Shown piece after piece: positions 10,075 through 19,694 of a stretch of DNA of 32,000 nucleotides. How positions within the stretch are numbered: position 1 is the stretch's first letter; every line of letters starts with the position of its first letter. A program made the position numbers and the translations under genes. The notes under the pieces are model-generated. The model was not told the origin of the DNA. It made no database searches and saw nothing but the letters and a program-made list of their open reading frames with translations. This DNA comes from Planctopirus limnophila DSM 3776 (GTDB taxonomy: Bacteria; Planctomycetota; Planctomycetia; Planctomycetales; Planctomycetaceae): contig NC_014148.1 of assembly GCF_000092105.1 (NCBI RefSeq), forward strand, positions 3,000,001-3,032,000. Reading direction: 5' to 3'.

Positions 10075-10710
10075 ATGAATAAAGATTTCTTCCAGATGCA
10101 CCTTGCTGAATCTGTCGTTCTTAGTAGCCGTAATCGCAAGAAAATTGGCGAAGTCATGGAACTGCTCGCCCCCTGGGAGATTCAGGTTCAGGGTGTTTCT
10201 GAATTTGAATCGATCCGGGATGTCGCAGAGACGGGGAGCACTTTTGCCGAGAATGCCGATCTCAAAGCGACGACGGTCGCCAGACAACTCCATCGTTGGA
10301 CCATTGCTGAAGACAGCGGGCTATGTGTACCGGCCCTGGGCCATGCCCCCGGTGTTTACTCAGCACGCTATGCCGGTGAGCCCTCGAATGATCAGCGAAA
10401 CAACACGAAGCTCCTGGCTGAAATGTCATCATTGCAAGGAGATGATCGCGCGGCGTACTACGTCTGCCATGCCGTCTTGAGTGATCCAGCGGGTCAGATT
10501 CGTGTCCGGGTGGAGGGTCGCTGCTGGGGAAGAATTCTGACCCAGCCCAGCGGTGACCATGGTTTTGGCTACGATCCACTCTTTCTCGTCCCCGAATATC
10601 ACCTGACATTCGGGCAACTCGCCCCGGCTGTCAAAAGACACATCAGCCACAGAGCCCGTGCCTTTGAACAGTTCATCCCTCAGATGATCGCTGTGTTACA
10701 ACCCCACTAA
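10075..10710 (+). CDS. rdgB: Non-canonical purine NTP pyrophosphatase (RdgB/HAM1 family)
   Basis: ...ETGSTFAENADLKA...AEDSGLCVPALGHAPGVYSARYAG...GFGYDPLFLVPEY..TFGQL....K..ISHRARAF matches E. coli RdgB motifs (ETG.TF.ENA, DDSGL.V..L.G.PG.YSARY, GFGYDP.F, ISHR). An alternative start is ATG 10096. Confidence 0.9.
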   Translation: MNKDFFQMHLAESVVLSSRNRKKIGEVMELLAPWEIQVQGVSEFESIRDVAETGSTFAENADLKATTVARQLHRWTIAEDSGLCVPALGHAPGVYSARYAGEPSNDQRNNTKLLAEMSSLQGDDRAAYYVCHAVLSDPAGQIRVRVEGRCWGRILTQPSGDHGFGYDPLFLVPEYHLTFGQLAPAVKRHISHRARAFEQFIPQMIAVLQPH

Positions 10711-10716
10711 GCTTTG

Positions 10717-13700
10717 CTACAACCCAATTGATCCGTGTGTCCCCTCTTCGACAACAGCTCCCGGCACACTGGCCAGTTCAACGGTCGGATGAGAGTCCAG
10801 ATGCGGATCTGTCCACCTGCGCACCAGTTCCGTCACGACTTGAATATGCTTTTCCATTTCACTCGCCAGTTCAGCTTCCCGGTCGTGATAACCCAGCCGC
10901 CTGGCCAGAAACTCGAACTCCTCGCTGCTGGCAGGAGGGACTGTCAAATCGCGTGCATCGCCTCGCACCATGCGCAAAGCATCGATTAATGCCCGGTGAA
11001 AGCGATAAGCGGCTTTAAGTTTTTCAGCATCATCAAATGGTAAAAGCTCCAAATCCCGCATCATTCTGAGAGCTTCGCGGGTGTTCGTCGTCCGCAATTC
11101 GGGATGGGTCGAGCCCCACGTCAATTGCAGGGCTTGAACCAGATACTCACAGTCCACAAGACCACCGGGACTCAGCTTGGCATTAAAGCCATCACTGTTC
11201 GAAAGCTGCCTCACCTGCCTTTCCCGTAAGGCCCGCATGGCGGCAAAGTCAAATTTTTGACCCGAGTACAACACCTGATCACGAAATGCTTCAAGCGCTT
11301 TTCCGAGTTCCTGGTCTCCCGCCACATGACGCAGCTTCACCAGCGCCTGACGTTCATAGGGCCAGGCGGGGCCACCGAACCCGAAGTAGCTGATGAAGGC
11401 CTCTTTCGAGACCGCCAGATTGCCAGCCTTGCCATAAGGCCTTAATCGCAAATCAATCCGAAAGATCCCCTCCTGCCGGGCGAAGATCGATTGAGAAAAC
11501 AGTTCCACGAGACGATGAAAGAATTCACTCGTGGCTATCGGGCGAGGTCCATCCGTTTTCCCCTCACCTTCATAGACCAGCATGAGCTCAATATCTGAGG
11601 CAAAGCCCATGTCTTTGCCCCCACATTTTCCTAACGCGAGCACTGTCCAACTGCACGGGGTTCCGGCATGTAAAAGTGGCGAGCCGTGCCGCCATGTCAG
11701 TTCCCGCAATGACATTTCAAACGCACGCGAAACGACCACTTCCGCAAGATCGGTTAACTCATTCGAAAAGTGACCAAACGGGCCGATGTGTCCCAGAATA
11801 TGCCGCATATCGATGCGGAACATTTCGCGATCCTTGAAGGAATTCAGCCGCAATTGCCAGCGGGAAAGATCGGCCCCCTGAAAGATCTCCTGCCTCAATT
11901 CCTCCGCCAGTTGCTCTTTCGTTTTCGCAACCTGCAACCCCTCCACATCTGCCAGCACAGGGAATAGGTTCGAATGCTGCAAACGGAGAAAGTCCTGCCA
12001 GAGAAAATCACTGATCCCCAGGAGTTTGGCCAGCGCATCGAGCACTTCCGGCCGTTCCAGCGACGAAAGCTGCTCCCACCACGCCTCCTGCAGAAAAAGT
12101 TCCTGCAAGAACTGGCGGAAATGGACCAGTGCCGCCTCCGGATTCGGAGCCTTAGGCAACAGGTGCGTGAACTGCTGAATGAGTGCTATGGCCGCTTTCA
12201 GTTCTTCCACATGCCGATCATCCTGAATCCGGCCACCTCGCCTGGCATCGGTAATCAGAAGTGTATCATGAACTCGATGCCCTTCATTGCGGATCGCCAT
12301 CTGTTCGATGGCCACACCACAGATCGCCAGGGCGTTCGTAAATTCGTACAAAAAGCCGATCGAGTCATCGGCTTTCAGGCACAGGAGTGTCGCCTGCCGC
12401 TCACGGGCATCCTGGACTGAAATTTCTACTGGCAATAACCGGGAACCTGAAGATTCATTCCCGCGCAGAGCTGCCGCGACTCGCTTCGCCAGTAAGCCTT
12501 GAGCCTCCGCATGGCCTTTAGTTCTCGCGACATGTTTGAGAGTCCGCAGATCATCTTCATAGCGCTGCCACAGTTCAGGAACGACAGCATCAATCAAAGG
12601 TTTGGCGTGAAAGACATCGACAAAATCCCGGAGTTGTTGTTGATGAACTTCCCTGTTGCCGCGCTTGTTCGTTCGAAGAGACTGGGCATAACGCGAGAGG
12701 ATTTCGGACGGATGACAATCGGTAAATACATCACCACTGCAGATGTCAAATCCGTAGACGAATAACAGTCCGCAGATCATCGACAGATCGCCGGGCTCAT
12801 CCACTCCCAGAACTGTCACCCGATACGCACCATCTGGCATCGAGGTGGCATCGACCCGCACCGATTGCTCGATTGTCAGCTCCTGCAGCCAATCCCGATG
12901 CTTCTGACGCTCTTCTTTCGAGAAGGCCTTTTCGTAACTGACAAGACCAAATGTCTCGACACTTGCGGTACGCAAAGGTTGAATTTCAATCGGCTCAACA
13001 GACTCTGTCAGCAGATACTTCTCATAGATACGTCGAATCTCCCGGCTATGATCCTCATAGTGGCGGATAAACGTTGCCGCATCGGGAAAATCGAGCCTTC
13101 TCGCCAGATAAGACAGTTCCCGCTCGTTCTCTGGAAGCGCGTGGTCCTGCTTATTGTGCATTAACTGAATGGCATGCTCGATCGTTCTCAGGAAGACATA
13201 TCCCACTGTCAACTGCCGATATTCATCTGCCTGCAGAAACCCCTGATCGGCCAGCCTGACCAGTGAATCGAGTGTATTCCTCGAACGAATATGCGGATGG
13301 GTCAATCCACGAGTCATCTGCAGGTACTGCACGATGAACTCAATATCTCGAATCGAGCCCATACCCGATTTCACTTCTCCCCATTGCCGACCGCGCCGAA
13401 CCAGGCCCTGCTCAATCTTCTGTTTCGATTCTCGAATGCTGGCTCGCACTGCCGATTCAGGAGCACCATGAATGACATTTTCAATCAACCCCAGAAACTC
13501 TTCACCCAGGGCAAAGTCACCGGCAATGACGCGAGCCTTGATCAATGCCTGCTTCTCCCAGATGGCGGCATGGCGGGACAGATACGTCAGATAAGCTTCA
13601 GGAGTCGAAACCAGATTCCCCGAACGCCCCCAGGGTCTTAGACGCGTATCGACTCGATACAAAAAGCCTTCATCGCTCGCATCGTTCAGAAATCGCACCA

Positions 13701-14643
13701 GGCGCTGTGCCACCAGCAAGTCATCCGCATTTCCTCGATGCAGAAAGACCAGGTCGATATCCGAACTGTAGTTCAGTTCTTCGCCACCCAGCTTGCCAAG
13801 CGCTAAGACCGTAAAACCATTGACCGAAGCGTAAAGATTTCCGGCAGCTAAGCGTAAACCACACTCCACGACAGCATCCGCCAGCAGCGAAAGCTGATTG
13901 ACAACTCCGCGAAAATCCATCAATCCAAACGTATCGCAAGCGCCGATGCGCAACATTTCACTATGTCGAAATCGCCGCACGGCATTTGCTGGATCAGCCC
14001 CCGGCTGCAAAGCACTCACCGCCTCGACAGCACCTTCAAAAAACTCCTGCCGACTTCGCAAATCGGCCAGTCGATGATGATGTGTCAGTTGCTCCAGCAG
14101 TGCAGGCCGCCTTAAAAGAATCCCAGTCAGATACTGGCTGCCGACGAAAAGCTTCAACAGGATCTCGACAGCTCTGGGATGAGCTGCCAGATAGGAATAA
14201 AGATGATCCGGATCCGGGTACTTTTGAATATACCGTTCAAAGTTCAGTATCGACTGATCGGGGTGTGGTAACGAAGAAACAATGGCAATCAACTGCTCCA
14301 GCGTTGCCATCCGCACGATTTCGCTGGTCTGGCGATTCCTCCCCAGATGGATCAACTGCGATCGCTCCAAGACCTGATCCGGAGTCACAGAACCCGGCTG
14401 GGAACCTGCCCTGCCCGCATCAGCCCAGGCTTTGCTCGCTCCAGCCGCAGAATTGGCTCCAGACCCTGTGAAACGCTCGGCTCCGGGATAAAGAGAACGA
14501 CTTCCACCCAGCAGCAATTGAGTGAGTCTCTGCCGGGCTTGAGACGGATTTTCAAACTCCAGCCTGGCCAGGAATTCTTCAACTTGCGCAGACTGATCAG
14601 GATCTCGCAGGGATTCAATCAGTTCCCGCCATGTGGGTTGCAT
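10717..14643 (-). CDS. glnE: Glutamine synthetase adenylyltransferase / adenylyl-removing enzyme, unusually long (1308 aa) with a central ACT-like pair
   Basis: There are two nucleotidyltransferase cores: LALGKLGGEELNYSSDIDLVFLH (aa 281-302) and LALGKCGGKDMGFASDIELMLVYEG (aa ~1002-1026). Each is followed by the GlnE-associated region (YRVDTRLRPWGRSGNLV / FRIDLRLRPYGKAGNLA). Extra sequence lies at the N-terminus (~110 aa) and between the halves (aa ~600-825). Confidence 0.9.
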   Translation of the reverse strand: MQPTWRELIESLRDPDQSAQVEEFLARLEFENPSQARQRLTQLLLGGSRSLYPGAERFTGSGANSAAGASKAWADAGRAGSQPGSVTPDQVLERSQLIHLGRNRQTSEIVRMATLEQLIAIVSSLPHPDQSILNFERYIQKYPDPDHLYSYLAAHPRAVEILLKLFVGSQYLTGILLRRPALLEQLTHHHRLADLRSRQEFFEGAVEAVSALQPGADPANAVRRFRHSEMLRIGACDTFGLMDFRGVVNQLSLLADAVVECGLRLAAGNLYASVNGFTVLALGKLGGEELNYSSDIDLVFLHRGNADDLLVAQRLVRFLNDASDEGFLYRVDTRLRPWGRSGNLVSTPEAYLTYLSRHAAIWEKQALIKARVIAGDFALGEEFLGLIENVIHGAPESAVRASIRESKQKIEQGLVRRGRQWGEVKSGMGSIRDIEFIVQYLQMTRGLTHPHIRSRNTLDSLVRLADQGFLQADEYRQLTVGYVFLRTIEHAIQLMHNKQDHALPENERELSYLARRLDFPDAATFIRHYEDHSREIRRIYEKYLLTESVEPIEIQPLRTASVETFGLVSYEKAFSKEERQKHRDWLQELTIEQSVRVDATSMPDGAYRVTVLGVDEPGDLSMICGLLFVYGFDICSGDVFTDCHPSEILSRYAQSLRTNKRGNREVHQQQLRDFVDVFHAKPLIDAVVPELWQRYEDDLRTLKHVARTKGHAEAQGLLAKRVAAALRGNESSGSRLLPVEISVQDARERQATLLCLKADDSIGFLYEFTNALAICGVAIEQMAIRNEGHRVHDTLLITDARRGGRIQDDRHVEELKAAIALIQQFTHLLPKAPNPEAALVHFRQFLQELFLQEAWWEQLSSLERPEVLDALAKLLGISDFLWQDFLRLQHSNLFPVLADVEGLQVAKTKEQLAEELRQEIFQGADLSRWQLRLNSFKDREMFRIDMRHILGHIGPFGHFSNELTDLAEVVVSRAFEMSLRELTWRHGSPLLHAGTPCSWTVLALGKCGGKDMGFASDIELMLVYEGEGKTDGPRPIATSEFFHRLVELFSQSIFARQEGIFRIDLRLRPYGKAGNLAVSKEAFISYFGFGGPAWPYERQALVKLRHVAGDQELGKALEAFRDQVLYSGQKFDFAAMRALRERQVRQLSNSDGFNAKLSPGGLVDCEYLVQALQLTWGSTHPELRTTNTREALRMMRDLELLPFDDAEKLKAAYRFHRALIDALRMVRGDARDLTVPPASSEEFEFLARRLGYHDREAELASEMEKHIQVVTELVRRWTDPHLDSHPTVELASVPGAVVEEGTHGSIGL

Positions 14644-14813
14644 GTCGATCTCTTTCCAGCAAGCATCTGCGGATCTCAGCGGGCCATCATGCGGGCAACC
14701 TGATGCCTCACAGGAGCTATACTGACATCAACCTTTTGATGACATCGATCAACCAAATGACGCATTCCAAACTGATCTTTTCTCACGTGTGGAGATGAAC
14801 CCTCGAGTGGCCA

Positions 14814-15764
14814 TTACAGCTCGACAGGGCTGACGAAATCCGTCGGCTTGAGCGCTAAAACTGATGATTTTAAATGTGGCAACAGACTTTGGGCGGTACT
14901 GCCCATAATGAATTGTTTGAATCCAGTCCGCCCATGTGTCGTGAAGACAGTCAGGTCGATACCGTGCTCTTCAACAAACCTTGGAATTGTGGCCAAAGGG
15001 CTCCCCTCCAACAGTTCCACGCGTACACCATGATTCAAAGTTCGCCAATCCGTCTGATGCAGATGGGCATGAATCGTATTGTGGGAAGCCGTTTTCACCT
15101 GCTGGTGATAAGCATCCACTGCGGCTTCATCGCTCCCTGCACTGCGAAGATAAGTTGCCAGAGGAAACTCGATGGAGTGCAGGATGAACAACCGCGCATC
15201 GAGATGATGGGCAAAAGCAATAGCCGCATGCAAAGCCCGCAAAGAATCTTCGGAGAGATCTGTACACACGGCAATCTCGCGGATTTCGCGCAGTTCTTCG
15301 GGTTTAACGACCCACACCGGGCACGGGCAGATCTGCAGAAGTTTGGTCGAAGTACTGCCAAACAATGTATGCGACAGGACGGATCGATTGCGGGCACCGA
15401 CCACCAGCAGATCGGCCTTCACTTCCTGAACCAGCAGCGTCAACTCACGCGATGATCCACCCATACGTAACTGGTATTGAGCCTTCACACCTCGAGCCGT
15501 GGCTGCTTCAACCAGCCGAGTGAGAGCCTGATTGGCGAAATCTTCCACAGTGGTATAAATATTGGTGACGTCTGCATGGATTAATTCTTCAGCCTGTGGC
15601 GAGAGATCGAGGCAGGCACAATAAATGAGTTCTGCACCTCGATTGGCTGCAAATTCCAGACTTTGCGAAATCGCGGCCTGGGTGGGTGCAGGAAGTTCAT
15701 CACCAACCAGACGATCCCCTTCATGCAGATCAACACCAACGACAATTCGGGAGATGGTGTGCAT
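14814..15764 (-). CDS. Tandem universal stress protein (2 x UspA domain)
   Basis: There are two Usp repeats. Each ends with the G-x2-G-x9-(G)S motif and a hydrophobic strand: LLVVGARNRSVLSHTLFGSTSTKLLQICPCPVWVV and LTVFTTHGRTGFKQFIMGSTAQSLLPHLKSSVLAL. Confidence 0.85.
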   Translation of the reverse strand: MHTISRIVVGVDLHEGDRLVGDELPAPTQAAISQSLEFAANRGAELIYCACLDLSPQAEELIHADVTNIYTTVEDFANQALTRLVEAATARGVKAQYQLRMGGSSRELTLLVQEVKADLLVVGARNRSVLSHTLFGSTSTKLLQICPCPVWVVKPEELREIREIAVCTDLSEDSLRALHAAIAFAHHLDARLFILHSIEFPLATYLRSAGSDEAAVDAYHQQVKTASHNTIHAHLHQTDWRTLNHGVRVELLEGSPLATIPRFVEEHGIDLTVFTTHGRTGFKQFIMGSTAQSLLPHLKSSVLALKPTDFVSPVEL

Positions 15765-16064
15765 AGTTTGCTACTTTCTGCTGCTGTGGTGAAACCAGTG
15801 GATCAGCTCAGATGATTTCATCAGGAATTCTGAACTTCATGGATCGTGTTGTTCAATCGATGGAAGCATTTGGAACGGAATTTCATATCCATCAGTCTAA
15901 CTTGCTGAGCATGAGTATTGCCACGACGGACTGCAACAGAGTGGCCTTTGTCCACAATCAAGTTGCTGTTACGATTAGTCTAACTTCATGGAATAAATGG
16001 CTCTTGAATCTTCAAAAGTCCCTCGCAATAAAACGGTCTTGTCCCCGGGAACGGATCTCCCCTG

Positions 16065-17054
16065 ATGAAAACTCGATCATCCCGTTTGAAAATGATCGCC
16101 GCACCAAAACAATGGCAGTTCCTCAGGCGATGCATGCTCCAGAGCAGTCTGAGTCCTTTTCGCAGTCTGAGTCCTCTTCTCTGGGTGCTCTTCCCGACTT
16201 TGCTGCTCGCTCAGGAGGAATCAGCTCTCCTGAAATACAAGTTTCAACCGGGGCAATCCTTAAACTATCTGGTGGCATCGCAGATGGTGGCGACCACCAA
16301 GGTGCAGAATGCCGAACAGGATTCCACCAATCAGTCGAGTTCCATCAAAGAACTGAAAATCGTCGCAGTCGATCAACAAGGCCTCGCTACGATCGAGTCC
16401 AGCGTCAAGCGAATTCTCATCAAGGCGACACTTCCGGGCGGTGGCCAATTGGATTACGACAGCAGTCAAACTGATCCAGTGCCCCTCCCTTTCCGAATGG
16501 CTGCTGAGAGCATTGGAAAAACGACTTCTCGCATTACCTTGTCACCTGATGGTCGAATCATTAAAGCCGTCGCCCTGCAGCCGGACGGGACGCCTGTCGC
16601 GATTCCTGCAGCCGGTCCCACACCCCGGCATGATGTCCTTCCCTCATTTCCGGCAAGTCCCGTCCAGAGAGGGAGTACCTGGCAGGAAACATTTCAAGTC
16701 GAAGTTCTGGGTGTTGATAACCAGCCGCGAACCGTTCAACTCGCCCGCAAATTCCAGGTCACTTCGATCTCAGTGACTCCAAACAATCAGAAACTGGTGC
16801 AGATTGGCTTTGTCGTCGAACCGGCAGTTCCACACTCTGAGCCAGAAATCATTTCCAGGCTCACACCCTTCCTTGTGACTGGAGAACTGACCTTTGACAC
16901 GTCGGCGGGGGCTGTCGTGGCGTATCAATCGGAATTGAATCGAGAAGCGGTGGATGCTTTAGGCCCCGGGACGTTGCTGAGAATGTCAGGAAAGACACTC
17001 GAAAAACTGGTTCCACCCCAGACTCCTCCAGAACTTCTCAAGCTGGAAGAGTAG
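16065..17054 (+). CDS. Secreted hypothetical protein (signal peptide, beta-rich)
   Basis: 329 aa. Signal-like RSLSPLLWVLFPTLLLA-QEE, then a polar, beta-strand-like sequence with no motif I recognise. The start is uncertain (ATG at 16065, 16092 or 16134). The overlapping 15812..16474 ORF is judged spurious. Confidence 0.6.
   Translation: MKTRSSRLKMIAAPKQWQFLRRCMLQSSLSPFRSLSPLLWVLFPTLLLAQEESALLKYKFQPGQSLNYLVASQMVATTKVQNAEQDSTNQSSSIKELKIVAVDQQGLATIESSVKRILIKATLPGGGQLDYDSSQTDPVPLPFRMAAESIGKTTSRITLSPDGRIIKAVALQPDGTPVAIPAAGPTPRHDVLPSFPASPVQRGSTWQETFQVEVLGVDNQPRTVQLARKFQVTSISVTPNNQKLVQIGFVVEPAVPHSEPEIISRLTPFLVTGELTFDTSAGAVVAYQSELNREAVDALGPGTLLRMSGKTLEKLVPPQTPPELLKLEE
16144..16179 (+). repeat. 2 x 18 nt tandem duplication inside the signal-peptide region
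   Basis: gcagtctgagtccttttc | gcagtctgagtcctcttc, with one mismatch. It is in frame and encodes SLSPF-R / SLSPL-L. Confidence 0.9.
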
Positions 17055-17102
17055 TGCTCACGATCGGTGAGTCTTCTGGTTCCCAGCCATAGCGACAGAT
17101 GC

Positions 17103-19379
17103 CTATCGCTGGGCTCGACTCTGGGAATGAAACTTTTGCGAGAGATGCTGCGATAATCCAGCCGCCACCGCATCTAACTGAGCACATTCTTTGCGAATCG
17201 GTTCCAAAGCTTCGTTTCTCGCAATCCGAGTTTCGAGCACACCTGCCGCCTGCTGCAATTTCTCGCAGCCAATGTTACTCCCAGTGTTTCGCAACGTGTG
17301 CGCAATCCGCTTGATGGCCCGTAGATCTATGGCCTCGACAGCCAGACACAGATCCCGCCGCCATCCTGGAAGATTCTCCAGCGTCAGCACCAGCAACTCA
17401 TCCAGAAGTTCTTCATCGTAAGCGACTCTTTCAAGACCAGCTTCACGATCCAGCCAAAGATCACTATTCGAAGTGGGTACTGGAGTTGCCTGCTGACCAG
17501 AATGCCGCCTGGCTCCTGTTGAATGTGATGTTTCCCGACTTTTCAAATCGACGGGCCGATCAACCCCCGGAGCTGCAACCGACGAACTGTGCGTCGTTTG
17601 CAAATTCTGCATCAATGCCTGTTCGATCTGGCTGAATAGTTGCTCGCGATGAATCGGCTTCGTCGCAAAATCAGTACAACCCGCGGTCAGTGCCTGCTGA
17701 CGATCACTGGCCATGACATTGGCCGTCAACGCAATAATCGGGCCTGACCAACCTCGCTTCCGCAATTCACGCGTCGCCTCTAAACCATCCAGTTCCGGCA
17801 TCTGCATATCCATCAAAATCAGGTCAAATGGCCGGTTGACCTGCAAACTTCCCTGCACAGCTTCAATGGCCTCTCGACCATTGCTCACCATCTGCAAATC
17901 CACGCCCAATCGCCCCAGCCAGGAGCTCAGCAGCAATCGATTATCTGGCCCATCTTCTGCCAGCAGGATCCGACATCGGGGTAATTGACGTTCTTTGATG
18001 GCTGGATATCGACCGGAAAGTTGATGCGTTTTTTCCAACTGCTCCAGCGGCAGCCAGTTTTCTTCTTTGGATCCAATCAGCGGGAGTTCCAGCGTAAAGA
18101 CACTTCCTTTACCAAACTCACTGCGTACCGTGAGATCCCCTTCCAGCAATCGGGCCAATTGCCGACTGATCGATAACCCGAGCCCAGTCCCTCCAAACCG
18201 CCGCACCGTCGATGTTTCTGCCTGTGTAAAGGGCGTAAACAGTTTTTCCAACAGTGCCTCTGTCATACCGATCCCGCTATCTTGAACCTCCAGTACGAGT
18301 CGAGCAGGCGCATTGTCATGTCCATGATTCGCCGATTTCTCTGAGCCACCCGTCACAGGATTTGACGGTGGCTTGCGTACTCTGGCCACGATGCGAACGA
18401 TCCCGGATTCTGTGAATTTTACGGCATTGCCCACCAGATTCATCAGGATCTGCCGCAGCCGTGTAGGGTCGCTCACAATCATTTCCGGGAGTAAGCCTTC
18501 GCCTTTCAATTCCAGTTGCACACGCTGGGATTTCAAGCGACTGCGAAACAACTGCAGGACTTCCGCTGCAATCACTAGAGGACGACATTCCAGTTGTTCG
18601 ATGGTCAGTCGCCCGGCCTCGATTTTTGAAAGATCGAGCGTGTCGTTGATCAAACTCAACAGGTGCTCGCCATTGCGCAAAATCGTATCGACCGCACTGC
18701 GATGTTCTGCAGCTGAAACTTCTTCTTTCTGAATAGACTCGGCAAAGCCGAGAATCGCCGTCAGCGGTGTGCGGATTTCATGACTCATATGAGCCAGAAA
18801 ATCACTTTTGGCACGATTCGCACGATCGGCTACTTCCATTTGTCGCCGTACTTCGTTGTTGGCCAGTTCGAGAAGCCGTGATTGAGCGAGCAACAACGTA
18901 TGAAAATCGAGTAACCGAAACTGACTGGGAGAAATCTGTATGACCAATGGTTCGTAGCTGTGCGGCCAGGGACGGTTCAAAGCGATCTGTGCGCCCTGCG
19001 GAATCGGCAGGCTGCCAGGATGCACAGCCTGCACCACATCGATGGAATCGATCATGTGGCGGACTGGTCGTTTCAAGTACAAATCGAGCCCGAAAGGCCG
19101 GCTCAGTAACGTAAGCAACTGACTTCGAGAGATGACTCCGACCAGTTCCTGGTCTTCAATGACCATGATGCCAATACACTCAGGTGTCTTCTCAAAGAGT
19201 TCAACCACTTCGCAGGTCAGCGTCTGTGCGGTGACCTGCCAGTCATCCAGTGGCAGTGACGAAACCTGGGCACCCGGCTTGAGATTCAATAGACATTCAT
19301 GCAGTCGCCCAAAGACCGAAGGATTGCTCTCCAGTGCCCATAAGGGAAGCCGAACACTGGAAATTGATGGAGAACTCAT
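17103..19379 (-). CDS. Cytoplasmic hybrid sensor histidine kinase: CBS-like N-domain, HisKA, HATPase_c, REC, Hpt
   Basis: H-box SDFLAHMSHEIRTPL; G-boxes VQDSGIGM and GGTGLGLSISRQLA; receiver RILLAEDGPDNR...DLILMDMQMPELDG...IIALTAN; C-terminal Hpt-like KRIAHTLRNTGSNIGCEKL. The N-terminus ...IGIMVIEDQELVGVISRSQLLTLL looks CBS-like and has no TM helix. The preferred start is ATG 19379 (GGGAG 6 nt upstream); the track start is 19484. Confidence 0.9.
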   Translation of the reverse strand: MSSPSISSVRLPLWALESNPSVFGRLHECLLNLKPGAQVSSLPLDDWQVTAQTLTCEVVELFEKTPECIGIMVIEDQELVGVISRSQLLTLLSRPFGLDLYLKRPVRHMIDSIDVVQAVHPGSLPIPQGAQIALNRPWPHSYEPLVIQISPSQFRLLDFHTLLLAQSRLLELANNEVRRQMEVADRANRAKSDFLAHMSHEIRTPLTAILGFAESIQKEEVSAAEHRSAVDTILRNGEHLLSLINDTLDLSKIEAGRLTIEQLECRPLVIAAEVLQLFRSRLKSQRVQLELKGEGLLPEMIVSDPTRLRQILMNLVGNAVKFTESGIVRIVARVRKPPSNPVTGGSEKSANHGHDNAPARLVLEVQDSGIGMTEALLEKLFTPFTQAETSTVRRFGGTGLGLSISRQLARLLEGDLTVRSEFGKGSVFTLELPLIGSKEENWLPLEQLEKTHQLSGRYPAIKERQLPRCRILLAEDGPDNRLLLSSWLGRLGVDLQMVSNGREAIEAVQGSLQVNRPFDLILMDMQMPELDGLEATRELRKRGWSGPIIALTANVMASDRQQALTAGCTDFATKPIHREQLFSQIEQALMQNLQTTHSSSVAAPGVDRPVDLKSRETSHSTGARRHSGQQATPVPTSNSDLWLDREAGLERVAYDEELLDELLVLTLENLPGWRRDLCLAVEAIDLRAIKRIAHTLRNTGSNIGCEKLQQAAGVLETRIARNEALEPIRKECAQLDAVAAGLSQHLSQKFHSQSRAQR

Positions 19380-19694
19380 GGCGTACTCCCGGCGATGAAT
19401 GCAGGCTGATTGCCACGGGTTAAGGAAAAGACCAGACCAGTTTAAATCATCTTCAATCGCCACATTCTGATCGGTCAGCCTCATTAGTTATTGTGAAATT
19501 CGAGTGAAGTTGCCACCTTTCTGGAGTTCTTCCCATTGGCTGCCCCGAGTAAGTTCCCCGTTTTCACGATGAAACTCGCTGGCGTTTCGCAGATTGGCTG
19601 GAACTCTGCTATTCTTCCCGGAGGTGCAAGTTCAGCGTATTGCGACTTGACTCAAAGAGTGATGACTTTCGCCAGGTAAGTTGAAAGTGGATTG

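Noticed and set aside
15812-16474. 220 aa plus-strand ORF spanning the USP/secreted-protein intergenic region and the 5' part of the secreted-protein gene
   Set aside because: Its first third lies in AT-richer promoter-like DNA. The remainder is an alternate frame of the signal-peptide-bearing ORF, is Ser/Arg/Gln-rich, and is partly generated by the 18 bp duplication. No motifs are present.
19485-19691. Two 8-mers (TTCTTCCC and ATTGGCTG) each occur twice in the HK/ABC divergent intergenic region
   Set aside because: 8-mer repeats in about 200 bp are expected by chance at appreciable frequency. Their order is swapped between copies and no palindromic structure is present.
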